Below are positions 1 to 12,178 of a stretch of DNA of 64,000 nucleotides, piece after piece. Made by a program: the position numbers and the translations under genes. Origin of the DNA: Anthoceros angustus (Eukaryota > Plantae > Anthocerotophyta); contig MU008200.1 of NCBI GenBank assembly GCA_010909165.1, forward strand, positions 248,001 through 312,000, given 5' to 3'. Every line of letters starts with the position of its first letter. The stretch's first letter is position 1. The notes beneath the pieces are model-generated. The model was not told the DNA's origin. It made no database searches and saw only the letters and a list, made by a program, of their open reading frames with translations.

Positions 1-17
1 CGCCCATAAACTTACCT

Positions 18-360
18 TGTTGACTGAAATCGGACCACAGATGCCTGCAATTATTCTTGCGAGGCATCGTGTCCAGACACTCATGATAACTGCAGCATCA
101 ATGTTGGGTTTTTGTGAGAAGCTGACCCCAATTTGTCAGCGGAATCATCAGTGGGTAATGCCTCTCACTCACTGATGAGGCTTTTTGGTGCTTTTTGGTG
201 TGATGCCTCTCATCACACCAAAAAGGCTTTCGATAATACAGAATGAAAAGTGCACACACACAAGTCTCTGAACGAACGATTATTACTACTAACTACCAAC
301 CGCCCATAAGCAGGTGTTCAGCAATGGATAAACTAACTACTAATAATTAAATATCTAACA
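18..360. mobile_element. Probable LTR (TGTT...AACA termini) containing three stem-loops
   Basis: Starts TGTTGA at 18 and ends CTAACA at 360, exactly where family-A LTR homology stops. No target-site duplication is visible. Confidence 0.35.
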
Positions 361-1030
361 GGCATCGCCACACACCCCAAAAGCAAAGCAATTACACAGT
401 AGCCATTCACAAGGGGAGCAACCTGTAGAGGCGCCCGTAGGGGGCGAGCCCTCCGCCAAGCACTCTGACCGCCACAAACTCCCTCTCTACTAGACACTGC
501 GTTGGCTTGCAGCCGACACGAAATTCCTTTACAAGGAGCAAAGGACTCGCGAGGTTGGGAGCGTAGGACACGATACTTTACTTCTCAAAATTGCTCCCTC
601 TTATGGGAGAATCATCATATCATCCCTCCCCCAGTGCGCCATCCATCGCGCCGCCTTTCCCCTTATTCTAATATTTCCTGCCACAAAACTGCCTCCTTTT
701 CTCACCCTTCGGCGGCAAGTGCTCCTCCCAGAGGGGCTCCCCTAGCCAGCCCTGTTCCTCCTTACTGTGCTACCTCCTCCTTGGTAGCCTCCTCTGACTC
801 GGACTCCTCGAAGTCCATATCACTCTTGGCCTCTTCAAAATCTAAGGCCTCAGGCTTGATCTTCGTAAGGGCCTCCATGTCATCGTCGTGTGGCCAAAGC
901 ATCCTTCTCTTCACAAGGTGCAATATTTCATTGTTCGCATTGAGAATCCTGTTGTGGAGGTTGACCCCTAAACTTTGATATTCTAACTCCAACTCATCGA
1001 GGTCTTCCGGCCAAGTACCTTTCTCACATG
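361..1030 (-). mobile_element. Ty3/gypsy family A fragment: C-terminus of extra ORF, PPT and start of LTR
   Basis: ORF 762-992 (LHNRILNANNEILHLVKRRMLWPHDDD) is homologous to 24319-24687 and 54689-54919. A purine tract at 690-710 is followed by TGTGGCAGGAAA at 685, the inverse of the LTR end TTTCCTGCCACA at 22474-22485. Bases 361-610 align with 17278-17525. Confidence 0.8.
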
Positions 1031-1139
1031 CTCACGCACCCTCTTCAATTGCTCTTGGGCTTTTTCCTTATCTTGCCTTTCTGCCACCAACAGCAAATAC
1101 TTGGCCTCCGACCTCCTTTTCCATGGTGGCAGCCCGATT

Positions 1140-1320
1140 AGCTTGTGCTTCATGGAAGCCTAGTTGCTTCTCCAGTGCTTTGTTGTCACGCATTCGTTCG
1201 GAATAGGAGATTGCATGAAGCATGTAATAGATGCATCTTCTTAACAGGGCAACTACTAATTAGTTTCTTTACCTCTTTTAACTTTTCACCTTTCTACCTT
1301 GTTTCACCAGTGCCGTTACT
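1140..1320 (-). mobile_element. 5' part of a family-B LTR inserted into a gypsy integrase
   Basis: Minus strand begins AGTAACGGCACTGGTGAAACAAGGTAGAAAGGTGAAAAGTTAAAAG, matching the LTR start at 62798. The left boundary is approximate. Confidence 0.65.
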
Positions 1321-1850
1321 CTACATTGCGTGAAGTGATGGATGGAGTGATCATCTTGAGGATGCAGAGTTTTGTTACAATAACACTGTACATAGCTCCA
1401 CAGGCTATACACCGTTTTAGATGACAGGTAACGAAGCAATGGACGTAGTTTCCATATTGAATGCTGAAGCGTTTGAGACAGCAGCAAGAGAATCACGTGA
1501 GTTTATTGAGCAATTGAAGGCTAGGCATGAAGTTGCTACGAAGATTTTGGCCAAAGCTCAAGAAAGGTAAAAAAAGTTTGCTGACAGGTACAGGAAAGAG
1601 GAAGAATTTCAAGTAGGTGACAAGGTGTGGGTGAAATTGAAGAATTTTCAACTACCACAAGGGTTGACCTCAAAGTTCATGCCTAAGTATGGAGAACCTT
1701 TCGTAGATCAGAAGCGCATTGGGAATATGGCTTACAAACTATAATTGCCTGAATGGATCTTCTCTCATAATGCGTTTCATGTCTCTTTCCTGAAACCATT
1801 TGTGATTTCAAAAGAGAATAAGGATATGAACAGAAAGGATTCTCAGCAAG
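1321..1850 (+). pseudogene. Ty3/gypsy integrase C-terminal fragment (degenerate)
   Basis: Manual translation gives W..HL.DAEFCYNNTVHSSTGYTPF, FQVGDKVW, PKYGEPF (GPY/F motif) and HNAFHVSFLKPF, with stops and frameshifts. Confidence 0.85.
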
Positions 1851-1879
1851 GCAAGAAAGCTTGGTTTGACACGGGCTAG

Positions 1880-2312
1880 CACATCTGAGCATGTAGAGTG
1901 AAATATAAATGAGGCCCATGAGTGGGTCATGGCCAACCAAGCCGTGAGGATTCGCGACTTGGAGAAGGAGGTGGGAGAAGTTCGCTGGAATTTGGAGGCA
2001 AAGAACCATGAGCTCGAGGAATGGGAGCTCTTTGTGCGAGGTTTGGAGATGGAGTGGGAGAATTGCCGAAAGGAGCATGAAGGTCTCCCGGAGCGATTAG
2101 CAAAGTTGGAGAGGAGAAGAGTAGAGGAGGAGAATCGTCATAAGGCGGTTATGCATCGTGTGTTGGTGTTACGGAAGAGGAGATTTCGGGCTGATTATGC
2201 CCTTCAAACGAAGCTAGTCCACCAACTTAGGAGTGAGAGGGTGGAAAATGCAGCTCTTCATGTGAGAGTAGGGGAGTTGACCTTGGAGAGGAACGCCTAC
2301 AAGGGCCTATAG
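1880..2312 (+). pseudogene. Family-A extra ORF fragment (coiled-coil region)
   Basis: ORF 1929-2312 carries RFRADYALQ...LHVRVGELTLERNAYK, shared with 16433-16876, 23979-24400 and 54197-54649. Confidence 0.8.
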
Positions 2313-3118
2313 GTGGCTGCAATACATAGGTGAATTGCAAGAAGTGCCTTTGCAGATAAGGAATTGAAAAGGAGCTGTGAGCTTCACAGTTGTAGATATG
2401 GATGATCATGAAATCTCTTCAAATGGATGAAGTCCAATAAGGTATGTGTGACGTGGACTCATGTACCATACAGATCTTAGGAGATGAAGAGCACAAAGTG
2501 AGTTGTGCAGTTCTCAAGCAAAAGCTTGGAGACAGCATTGATCATATCATCTCTAAGAAAGAGATCAAATGTTGTGTAAAGGATGGAGAGGAATTGCTAC
2601 AGCCACTAATGAAGAGCTGCCTAGAGAGGACTCTTAATGATCAGTGGTTTGCAAAAATCCCCCGAGTTAATAGCTGCCTAATTAAGGCGAGTCTGCAGGA
2701 TATATAAGGGCGAGAGCAAGAGCTTTGAGAAATCATCTTCATCATAATTCAGTTTATGATGCGTTGCAAGCCTTATGTTGAGAGAGCTTTGGAGAGCTTT
2801 GGCTCTTGAGCTTGTCGTTGAGTCAAGGGCAGTAGCCAGTTAGGCGTAGATAGCCAAACTCAATTGTGTATTCTATGAATAAAGAGCGGCACCTCAAGGA
2901 GGTGGCCTGCGAGTTATCAGTGGGCGGCAGGCTACTTGGAGCGTAGCACTGCATCGTGAGGTTGAGAGCGTTGAGAATCATGCAAGTTTCCTGTGGAGTG
3001 AATTGGCAAGGTCCTAGACTGAGAGCGCTGAGAATCATGCACGTCTCCTGTGGAGTGAATTGGCGAGGTCCTAGACTGCTGGGAAGCCAGCAGTTGCCGC
3101 TTCCTTACAGACTGCATA

Positions 3119-3383
3119 GTGAGGGGCGTTACTCTGCATACATGGGAAGAGGAAGAGAAGCCGTGAGGGGGCATTACTCTGCATACATGGGAAGAGGAAG
3201 AGAAGCCATGAGGGGCGTTACTCTACATACATGGGAAGAGGAAGAGAAGCCGTGAGGGGCGTTATGCTGTATACATGGGAAGAGGAAGAGAAGCCGTGAG
3301 GGGCGTTATGCTGCATACATGGGAAGAGGAAGAGAAGCCGTGAGGGGCGTTACTCTGCATGCATGGGAAGGGGAAGTGAAGCC
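3119..3383 (+). repeat. Tandem repeat, 44-bp unit x6
   Basis: GTGAGGGGCGTTACTCTGCATACATGGGAAGAGGAAGAGAAGCC is repeated head-to-tail with few substitutions. Confidence 0.95.
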
Positions 3384-3442
3384 GATAATTATAAAGAAAC
3401 GGTCCACAGATCAAGCTAGGAGAATAGAAATATAGAATTATT

Positions 3443-3610
3443 TATCGATCTCAGAAAATAGCCTGGTCTGTTAGGGATTAACGACTGGGACAGTAAGGAG
3501 TAATTCTATATCGATCTCAGAAAATAGCCTGGTCTGTTAGGGATTAACGATATCGATCTCAGAAAATAGCCTGGTCTGTTAGGGATTAACGACTGGGACA
3601 GTAAGGAGTA
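3443..3610 (+). repeat. Tandem repeat, about 42-bp core x3
   Basis: TATCGATCTCAGAAAATAGCCTGGTCTGTTAGGGATTAACGA occurs at about 3443, 3509 and 3551. Confidence 0.9.
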
Positions 3611-3999
3611 TGACCGTCACGGTCGTCACGCAGTCTGGTAATCCAGTATATTCCGCATTTCTCTCAAAAGTCAATCCTCGAGACCGAGCCTGGCCTCTAT
3701 CTCACTCTCGAGGATCCACCAGAGTTTGATGGATCCACTGTCACAGATTTTTTTTTAATTTAATATTTTAAAAATAAATCAAAACAACCCCGGGGGAGAA
3801 ATCTTCAGCAAGGGTTCAGATTCCCCTATGTTACACATCGTAACATCGTATCAGATGTGACTGTCACTGTCACAGATGACTGGAATTCAGATCATGTTGC
3901 AAAAGAAATCAAGGCTATCCGGGTGACTGCAGCATGCAGCATATAAAAAACCTTGTTTATCTTACAACCTCCAAAGTGGAAATGCGATGTGTGAATGTG

Positions 4000-6430
4000 T
4001 TAGCAAATCAACCGTGCAACACTCAGACAACTAACTGCCAAGGATGAGCCCACCAGAACTCCAAAAATGCTGCTCTTCACATCCAATGCCAAGGCTCGTC
4101 GCAGAAGATTGCCTCCAAAAGCAGAATACAAACCTCCACAAGCTAAGATCATCCAATGATCAAGACCATCGTAGTCTAACCCAGCAACAACCGCAAGAAC
4201 TGCTGCCACTGGACCCGTGCATCCAGTCAACGTTGCCACAAGTAGAGCCAACTGCCAGCTGGTAGTGGCACTGTACACTATTATAGCCACCGTTGCACCC
4301 CTGGGAAGACCATGCAATGAGGCTGAAAGTAGCAGGCGCATATCTAGACCAGATGTTTTGAGGCTAGCAATTCCAACTACCAGTCCATCCACAAGGGCAT
4401 GAAAGGCTACCGTTGTTGACACCAGAAGAGCTTGCCTGGCTAGAGGTGATATCTTACCCGGGCCAGAACGCAACACCTCCCTCTTTCCACTTCTGGATTC
4501 TCCCCTGCAAGAAGCAACAGCCTCAAGAACCCAAAACACTGCACATCCAGTGCAGAGCCAAGCTATAACCAGAAGGACGCCAGATTGGCCACGCAGCAGT
4601 AATTGTGCTGGGCTCCATGCTGCCACAACAAAGGCAACCCCTGATCCAAGTCCTGGAAGAACCATCGGCGGCATTCTCACCCAGCTTAACAATAGTATGC
4701 TAAAAGCACCTCCGATAAAAGGTCCCAACACAAGCAGCAAAGACGTCACTAAAGCCCATCCATTTTCCCTGCTGATGCAGAATGCGCAGGATCAGACAAC
4801 ACATCGCAACAACCTTCTGCAAACAGCAGGACAGGGCGTACTATAGTGTTGCTTGGCATAGTCCTTACTTTGGCGTCTGATCATAGCTGCCAAGTAGCGC
4901 ACTCAAGACCTCCATAAATGCTACAGAAGCCGTTGCAGCAGATCCTACATGGGAAGCATTTGCTTCCTACACAGAAGTCCTGGTTATCAGCATGCACCCA
5001 GGGCAACTTCATACGACCAAATCAGGAATACCAAAAAGAATCAGAGTTAGACCAACTACCTTCAAGCTATCAGGGATAACTTCTGCAAAGACCATCCAAA
5101 TCATGCAGCCAGCTGCAAAACCCAGGCAGAAGGGCAAGAGCTTGTGGAAGGCCTCTGCACATAAAAATGCTGGAACAGCCACTAGCGGCTGCAGTAAACA
5201 ATGTAGACACACCAATTAGCCGAGCACACTGAACTCAGGTGTTCTCTACAGCTACTAAGAAAAGAGCAGCAAGGGGAGTGGGGGGTTGGTTGGTTGGTTG
5301 CTGGTGATCATTCCTGGTTCGCACCAACGTTCTGCAGCAATTTCCTTCACGTTGCTGATATGTAAGGCCTCAGAAACCACTGCTGACGGTGTTTTCAGAT
5401 AACCCCTTATGAGAACGGGTGAAGCAACATGCTGAAGCACTGCTAACCATCTCTAAACCATCTTTTGCACGTATACTATAGCAAGAGAACTGACCTGTGG
5501 TAGGGAAGTGAATATGCTCCAGATCAATGCTTTGCGAGCAGAGAGTCCTCGTGATGCCAGGACCATGCTCACAGCCAAACCCTCCGGGATATTGTGCACT
5601 GCAATCGCAAGAGTTACCATCAGGCCCTGCGAAAGGCCATTCGATCCTGCGAAGGACACTCCAACACCGGAACCCTCGCCGAACGAGTGCAGAGTCATAA
5701 TGCCAACAACCAAGACAACTTTCCTTGCATCAACTGCTTTGAGATCAACAATCTTCATATCCTCATGACCCTCCAACACCTGCAGAAAAAGCACAAAGAA
5801 GTTAAACCATCGCCACCTGTATGTTCGGCTAGAGGTTGAAAGTGAAAGAGGAGATGCACGCTGTGTGGATCATATCGTTTCACCGTAAAACGTACAACAG
5901 ACCTTTTGACAGCACAGAATGAAGAGTCCACCCAGTAGAATCCCTAAGACGACCCAGCTTCCACCACCATACTTCTGCCCTTCCTGTATAAGATCAAAAC
6001 TGGCAGCAGTCATCACCCCCGACGCAATTCCATTGCAAATACCCGCCCAGTGCGTCCGTAGCTCCATAAAGAAAAGAGGAAGTGCGCCGAGCCCCGTTGC
6101 TGCTGCCATAGCCAAAGTGAGCAGTGCAACCGTGAGAAGGGGTACTTTTCTTGTTGCCGGCTTTCTTGTCAATTCCGTAGATCCTGCTACGCCGCCCGGG
6201 GCACGTGTGACTCCTCCCATAACTACTCGAAGGCCGGGGTCATCGAGTCCCAGGCGATTCGAGTCATCTAGAGACGTTGTAGTCTGCCCGTTTCTTAACT
6301 GTGCGCCTCTCAGAAGATTACTGCCATGCAGAGACTGTGCAGGAGCTACCATATTAGCCAGGACGACGACGATGCAGAAAAGAAGAAGAGACGTATGCAA
6401 GGTGCAGCTCATTCGCGTCCCATGAGCCAT
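4000..6430 (-). CDS. ZIP-family zinc transporter, At3g08650-like (two ZIP half-domains, N-terminal signal peptide); 5 exons
   Basis: Exons 6430-5903, 5779-5495, 5188-5060, 4966-4869 and 4771(or 4768)-4000 are joined by GT-AG introns in frame. Motifs: AMAAATGLGALP, ASGVMTAASF, HSFGEG, HNIPEG, GFAAGCMIW, and in the second half HALVDG and HGLPRG. Confidence 0.93.
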
Positions 6431-7258
6431 GATGAAAAACAAGCATCAGGTCGAGGCCGTAGACAATCTGCCGAGTCGATAGGGTACTTCCTGCAAGCGT
6501 GCACATGAGGACCGTCCGGCTTTGTTGCATGAGGCCTGGGTAAAGTGGGGAAGAAGTATCAACCCGCAAATGTATGTAGACTAAAATAGTTCTCGGCGTG
6601 ATAAAATGGCGTGAACTTCAGAAGTCTGAGGAGGCCGCGTCCGATCGGACGTTCCACACCCGCAAACCCGTTCCATTCCCGCAAATTCTTCGGCGAGCAA
6701 TACGCGGAATTCTCGGTAGCTTTGGGCACTTCCGTTAGCTCGCGTAGCCTGATCTCCCCCCACTCGACGTCATGGTTCCTTTCAGGCCGCAGAGGTCACC
6801 CCATGACTGGGTTGCCTTCGCGAGTGAAAGGTGAATCGACGCAGCCGGGGAGTTGCTCGCCTAGCAACTTCAGCTCATACATTCCAATTGCTGGCTTTTC
6901 CGCTGCGGGCTGGCTGCATTGTGCCGGGATGATGGGTCATCATGCCTGCGTTAATGGAGAATATCCAGTGTTGCTTCCATTCCCTTCTACTGGCTGTCTT
7001 AACAAGTTTTATGATATCTCGTATATCTGCAGCTTTGCAAGTGTGGCGCCTGCCTCTTCTCGGATGTCTGCCTGAGGTAGAAGAGGACCGCAGCACTTAT
7101 TGAAAGTTTGTCGTATCTGAAATCTTCAGTGAGGATACACGTGTTATGTCAGCATGAGCAGGATTTGTCACGTATGCATTGTGTTACCATGAAGCTGTGT
7201 GGAGTAGGTGGAGCCAGGTGAAAATCCCTCTCGCGGACGGGTATAAGGCAAAGAGAAG
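6431..7258. promoter_or_regulatory. Shared intergenic region / putative bidirectional promoter
   Basis: 828 bp separate the divergent start codons. The core at about 6580-6870 is CpG-rich and contains no TE sequence. Confidence 0.55.
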
Positions 7259-9370
7259 ATGACCTCATTGTGGGAAAAGGAGGGTTATCCAGAGTGGCAA
7301 GATTACTACTTTGTCTGCTACTTTGCTCTTGTATTCCCCTTTGCTCGGTATCTTCTGGACTGCTTCTTGTACCAGGTTAATCTGTCCTCTCAAGTTTTAT
7401 GATCCTTGACTGCTGCCTGCTGCTTGTGTACTGTCACATACAAAATTTTTAGGCATCTATCCTCCGGAATCATCTCCCGGTAGATAGTCGGGCACGACCT
7501 TCTGGCCCATCTATAAGGTCTCCGTGCAATGAAGATCCTTGTCTGCTGCAGATGGTACCCAAATGCAAGACGCAGATCGATACCTAGCTCCTAGCTCTGC
7601 AACTAACCTCTGGGTCTTTCAAGCCCTGAAACCTCGGGATTCGATTAATCTTTTCCATGCATTGTCCTAACAGAAGCTCCCATCCCATCCGGCTCCTCAC
7701 TTTGCTTACTCGTTGGTGAAATGTGCAGAAACTCTCAAAGAGGCTGCTGAACTCCAATGTGGACAAGTACTCAAGGAAACTGGACAGTGAGGTCACCCAT
7801 AAGAATGTGCCCAAATTTACAGAATCTGCATGGAAGCTGACATATTACTTTGCGGCGGAGCTATATGCACTATCTATTACTTACAAAGAGCCTTGGTTTG
7901 GGGACACTCACGCATTTTTCCATGGCTGGCCACACCAAACCATAAAGTACTTCTCATGTCTTTGCCATCAGTATCTGGTGCTACTATGCCTAAATATCTG
8001 AGCTATTTCTGCTCTGAGAGAGGGATCAGAGGGAGTGTGATTGTGGTGGATGTGATCAGAACAGTGTGGATACAGTGTAAGTGACATTTGCTCTGCTGTT
8101 TTTTTGACAAGGTTCCAGCTCAAGGTATTCTACACATTGCAGTGCGGCTTTTATATATACAGTGTTGTGGCTCTCCTTGTGTGGGAGACAAGAAGAAAAG
8201 ACTTCTCTGTCATGATGACGCATCACATAGTCTCAATTTGGCTTATTGGATTCTCCTACATCTCTGGGTACATGGTTCTCTGGAGCAGTGAATTTGCCTC
8301 TGAGCTATCGGCTGTGCACTTAGAGATCGCGCCTTATTTTTAATTTCTATTATTATTATGCTCTGGTTGTGGCCCAGGTTTTTTAGAATTGGATCAATTG
8401 TACTGGCTCTGCATGACGTGAGCGATGTGTTTCTGGAGTCTGCAAAACTGCTGAAGTACAGTGGGCTAGACCTAGGTGCCAGTGTCTCCTTTTGCTTGTT
8501 CGTTCTTTCATGGGTTCTTCTCCGGCTCATCTACTTTCCTTTCTGGATTATTTGGAGCTCCAGGTTTGATGTCACAAACTCTGTTATATCTTCCATTCAG
8601 TAGGAGGTTGCTATCTCAGCTTAGAGTCACGGAAGCTAGCAGAAATACAGACAAGAGTATGACATGCAGCCAACTGTGCAGTACAGAATAAGCTTGCCAT
8701 TCCATGAAGAGCCACAAAACTATATCACATAGTCAATCATTATGTAGGAATTATCTTTACGGAATTCATCATAAGTTGCAGTTACAGTTGTAGGGCGGGG
8801 TATTTCATTGCCATTTTTAGATTTCATTGAGGTATTTCGAACAACACGAAAATGGAACCAAAACTTGGATGCCTCACTTGCACGTCTTTTGTGAGCACAT
8901 GGAGCCTGAAACACTGCAGGCTAAGTCTGTGTCATTGGTGAGGCGTTTGGTGTCCTGTAATGACTTACATGGTATTGCTTTCGTTTCAGCTTTCATGTTA
9001 TCAAGTACCTAGATCGCACCAATGCAAGGCACGTACTTCTTTATTATGTCTTCAACACACTGCTCATTACACTGTTGATGATGCACATTTACTGGTGGGT
9101 CCTTATATATCGAATGTTGGTTAAGCAACTAGAGAACAAGGGGACTGTTGGTGAAGACGTTCGATCAGGTACATGCGCTAACCATGAAAATCTAAGAGTC
9201 TGCTTGCTTTTGGGTTTAGTCTTATGGAATTACTTGTCTGGAGTTTGGTCGCGAATGAATCTGGTATTGATATTAGTTTGACAGTCTGTGATATTGATTT
9301 TCGTAAGGTAGTGTTATTTCCATGACAACTATTGATTGGTGCTGTTATAGATTCAGACGCCGAAGGCTGA
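7259..9370 (+). CDS. LOH2: Ceramide synthase, LAG1/longevity-assurance (TLC domain), LOH2-like; 6 exons
   Basis: Exons 7259-7375, 7729-7946, 8112-8267, 8378-8563, 8990-9168 and 9351-9370 are GT-AG and in frame. Motifs: [12 protein letters not shown], the Lag1 motif [15 protein letters not shown]...[21 protein letters not shown], and C-terminal EDVRSDSDAEG*. RRKDF..MM is the LOH2-type variant. Confidence 0.94.
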
Positions 9371-10377
9371 ACCTGATTTGCTTCCCTGGGATGTCTCGAC
9401 CCTGTCCACCGAGAGGGACGATGTGGTCTTCCTGAAAAGGGTTCTCCAAGTATTTCCAGGGTGCTCATCTTTAGAAGCTGGCATGTTACATGGAATACTG
9501 GGTGATTCATACTAATGGACTTGCTGGGGCCTGTGGGAAAAAAAGCAAGGTCATACCTTGCAGAATTCGCCTTAGCACAGATATTTCTGTGCTCTGCTGG
9601 CAAGCGGGGGCATCTTTTGTGTAACATGCGAGTGCGATGGTGTGGCTGATAGGCTAGAGTTCTGCTGAAGGCGGGAACTTTGGGGCAAGCAAGATTAGTT
9701 TATGAAGCGAAGACCCATGCTGTAGGGTCATTTCGGTCATTCAGGAGGCGTCTGGTGGTTGGGGTACTTGTTTGGTCTGGTGTGTACAATGCTGGCCAGC
9801 CAGAGTACTGCTGTTAATATCGACTTTGTGTGAAGTTTCTAGTTTGCTCTGCATTCCGCTCGAGTGTCCTATCTACAGCTACGAGGACCTCGTACTATAA
9901 CGAAAAGAACGAAAATCTCTAGGAGTTTTCGCCAAAAAGAAAAAGTCTTTAGGAGTGATCTTAGTGTCATTATGTCGTCATTAGCCTAAGCGACGGCGGC
10001 ATGCTGCCCAGCGAGAGCAAGGCACCCTGCTCACCTCCGAAGTAACAGGGAGGCGTGGAAGCACACCCAAGATAATAGAGTTGAAAGCCCGTAGGCACGG
10101 GCTTGAATGTCATGCGGTTGGTGAAGGGATAGGTTGTCGAGTTTCTCTCGGCTACCTTTGCCTTCACCAACGAGATTGCGTGCAGGGAAAGTAAGTTGCA
10201 GGCCTCCTGACTAGGTAGCATGTCGATTTGTGAAATATTTTTTTAGGAAAGGCTGGCTGGCATCCTAACTTATGCTGCCCGCTCTGAACAAAGGGTTTTG
10301 AGACGAAGGAGTTTGTAATAAGAGGTATTGTTGTAATGTACTTAAATCACCTAATGACCCTAAAGAGCGTAGAGAGT

Positions 10378-10465
10378 TACGCAATATGCCAAAACGGAGC
10401 AGATAGCTAGGTATTATGCCAAAACGGAGCGTAGATAGTTACGCACTATGCCAAAAGAGAGCGCA
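10378..10465. repeat. Short subrepeats (TATGCCAAAA-containing, x3), possible DNA-transposon terminal remnant
   Basis: Variants of ACGCAATATGCCAAAACGGAGC occur three times. No partner inverted repeat was found. Confidence 0.4.
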
Positions 10466-10479
10466 AGAAACTAGATATG

Positions 10480-11200
10480 TTTCATAGACTTCTCCAAGAC
10501 GTTTGATAGGATCGCAAGGGCCGAATTATGGAACAACATGGAAAATGGGAGTTCACTAGTTTAAGAATCGATCATGGCTACACAAAGGCAATTCAAAGCA
10601 ATGCTAGAGTTAGATAGGGTTGCCCTCTAAGCCCCATGCTATTTAACATATATTTGTCTGACCTTCAAGACAGAATGCTTAATATCATCCCAGGCATAAA
10701 GATCCCCTGCCTCATCTTCAGCGATAATTTACTACAAGTCGCAACAACCAGACCCCTGGTCTTTAAAGACAGCTAGACGAGTTGGGGACCTACTACCAAG
10801 AGAAACACCTACTTGGTAACATGAAAAACGCAAAAATCATGGCAACCAAAGTGAACTACACAACAAAGGATTGGGAGAAGTTCACATTCAACGAAGAGGA
10901 AATCGAGCCCACAAAAGCTTTCACATACCTAGGACTTCTGTTTCAGAGCATCAGACAACACAAGCAACTGCAGATTGACCCATTTGGACATAGCAAATGC
11001 AAAGGTCCAGACTATATCGGGCAAACTCTCGAATGGCTGCCTCACGGGCATAAGGATTACCATTAGAGTGTTCAATGGCTGTGTACAGAGCAACCTCCTA
11101 TATGCAATTGAAACTTGGGGACCGTCATGAGTGATGAGTAACTGGAGGGATATAGAAGCTGCTCACATTTCAGAAGACTCTTGAAGCTTAAAATCAGCAA
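10480..11200 (+). pseudogene. Non-LTR (LINE, RTE/RTEX-like) reverse transcriptase fragment
   Basis: Manual translation gives FIDFSKTFDRI, VR*GCPLSPMLFNIYL, CLIFSDNL (degenerate YADD box) and FTYLGLLF, with stops and frameshifts. Confidence 0.8.
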
Positions 11201-11499
11201 GCAACATGCAACCATGCCTCCTGGTGACCACATTCTTGCTCGGAGTACCTTTGTGGTCCAGCCTTCGGCACGTTGACACCAGATGCTCGATGGTCATGCT
11301 AGGTCAGTCTCCACTGATTGGGGCGCATCCATTTCCCTTTGCGAGACGTCAAAATGCGAAACCATCTATATTTGTATATCTGTTGACCTTCGTCAAAATC
11401 AATTGATCGAATGGGACATTGGCTCCACTCAAACTGTCCACCCAATTCTGAATCGATGGCGTCTGAGCATCAGCTTCTCGAACTTCCTGCACTTCTCAA

Positions 11500-11930
11500 A
11501 CTTTAGCTCGTTTGTCCACCCAGATCTCAAGAATGCCTCAAGAAGTGTCTTGACAAAATCACACTTTTTCAATGCCAAGAACAAAGAATTCTTCCTCAGC
11601 TTTTCTAGCACTTTCCTCAAGTGCATGGCATGTTCTTCCTCACTACATATTAGTATGTCATCCAAATAGATATTATGCACTTGTCCACCATATCCATGAA
11701 TGTCTTTTCCATAGGAGTCTGGAATGTTTCGGAATGCGGCCAGTGCGTTAGATCGCCAAAATGGCATGACAAGAGATTCAAAAGATCCATACCTTGTCCG
11801 ATATGCTGCTTTGTACTCGTGTCCCTCTACGATCCTGCTCTGATAGTATCTTGCCATTAGATCTAGCTTAGAAAAATACTTCGCACCCTTCAACCTTCAA
11901 ACTTGTCATCCATTTTGGGCAAAGGGCATT
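11500..11930 (-). pseudogene. Ty3/gypsy reverse transcriptase fragment
   Basis: ORF 11429-11893 contains GAKYFSKLDL, AAYRTRYGSFESLVMPF, YLDDILI and HLRKVLEKLR. Confidence 0.9.
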
Positions 11931-12178
11931 CTCGCATTCTTTATTAGTTAATGATTTGTACTCTGCAGTGCTAGCTTCAGCGTCTAATGGAGGTCCATGA
12001 AACACATATGGTTATGTTTCAGCTGTATTTGAGATGCATACGGCTGGGGGCTCTACGTGATGGTGCAAGGCCCAAGTGGGACGATGTCCGGGCCCTCTTC
12101 ACCTCTCACGGCCATGCTAGGTAAGGGTCCCTTATCCCCAACGTTCAAAGGCACTTTGGGTGGTGCTCACTGGCTGTT

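Larger units (their letters stand above)
2330..3630 (+). mobile_element. Family-B-related LTR (long variant)
   Basis: Bases 2540-3480 align with 62995-64000 and partly with 60960-61272. A TATA (GATATATAAG) lies near 2700 and the segment ends GTCACGGTCGTCAC near 3629. The left boundary is uncertain. Confidence 0.7.

Noticed and set aside
502-978. 158-aa plus-strand ORF
   Set aside because: It is the antisense shadow of the family-A accessory ORF and LTR on the minus strand.
3119-3383. CRISPR-like regular array (also 63400-63745 and 12552-12782)
   Set aside because: Units are head-to-tail without unique spacers, lie inside plant TE sequence, and no cas genes are present.
5919-6425. Plus-strand ORFs overlapping the ZIP gene (also 5508-5768, 4550-4846)
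   Set aside because: These are antisense frames of conserved ZIP exons with no independent motifs.
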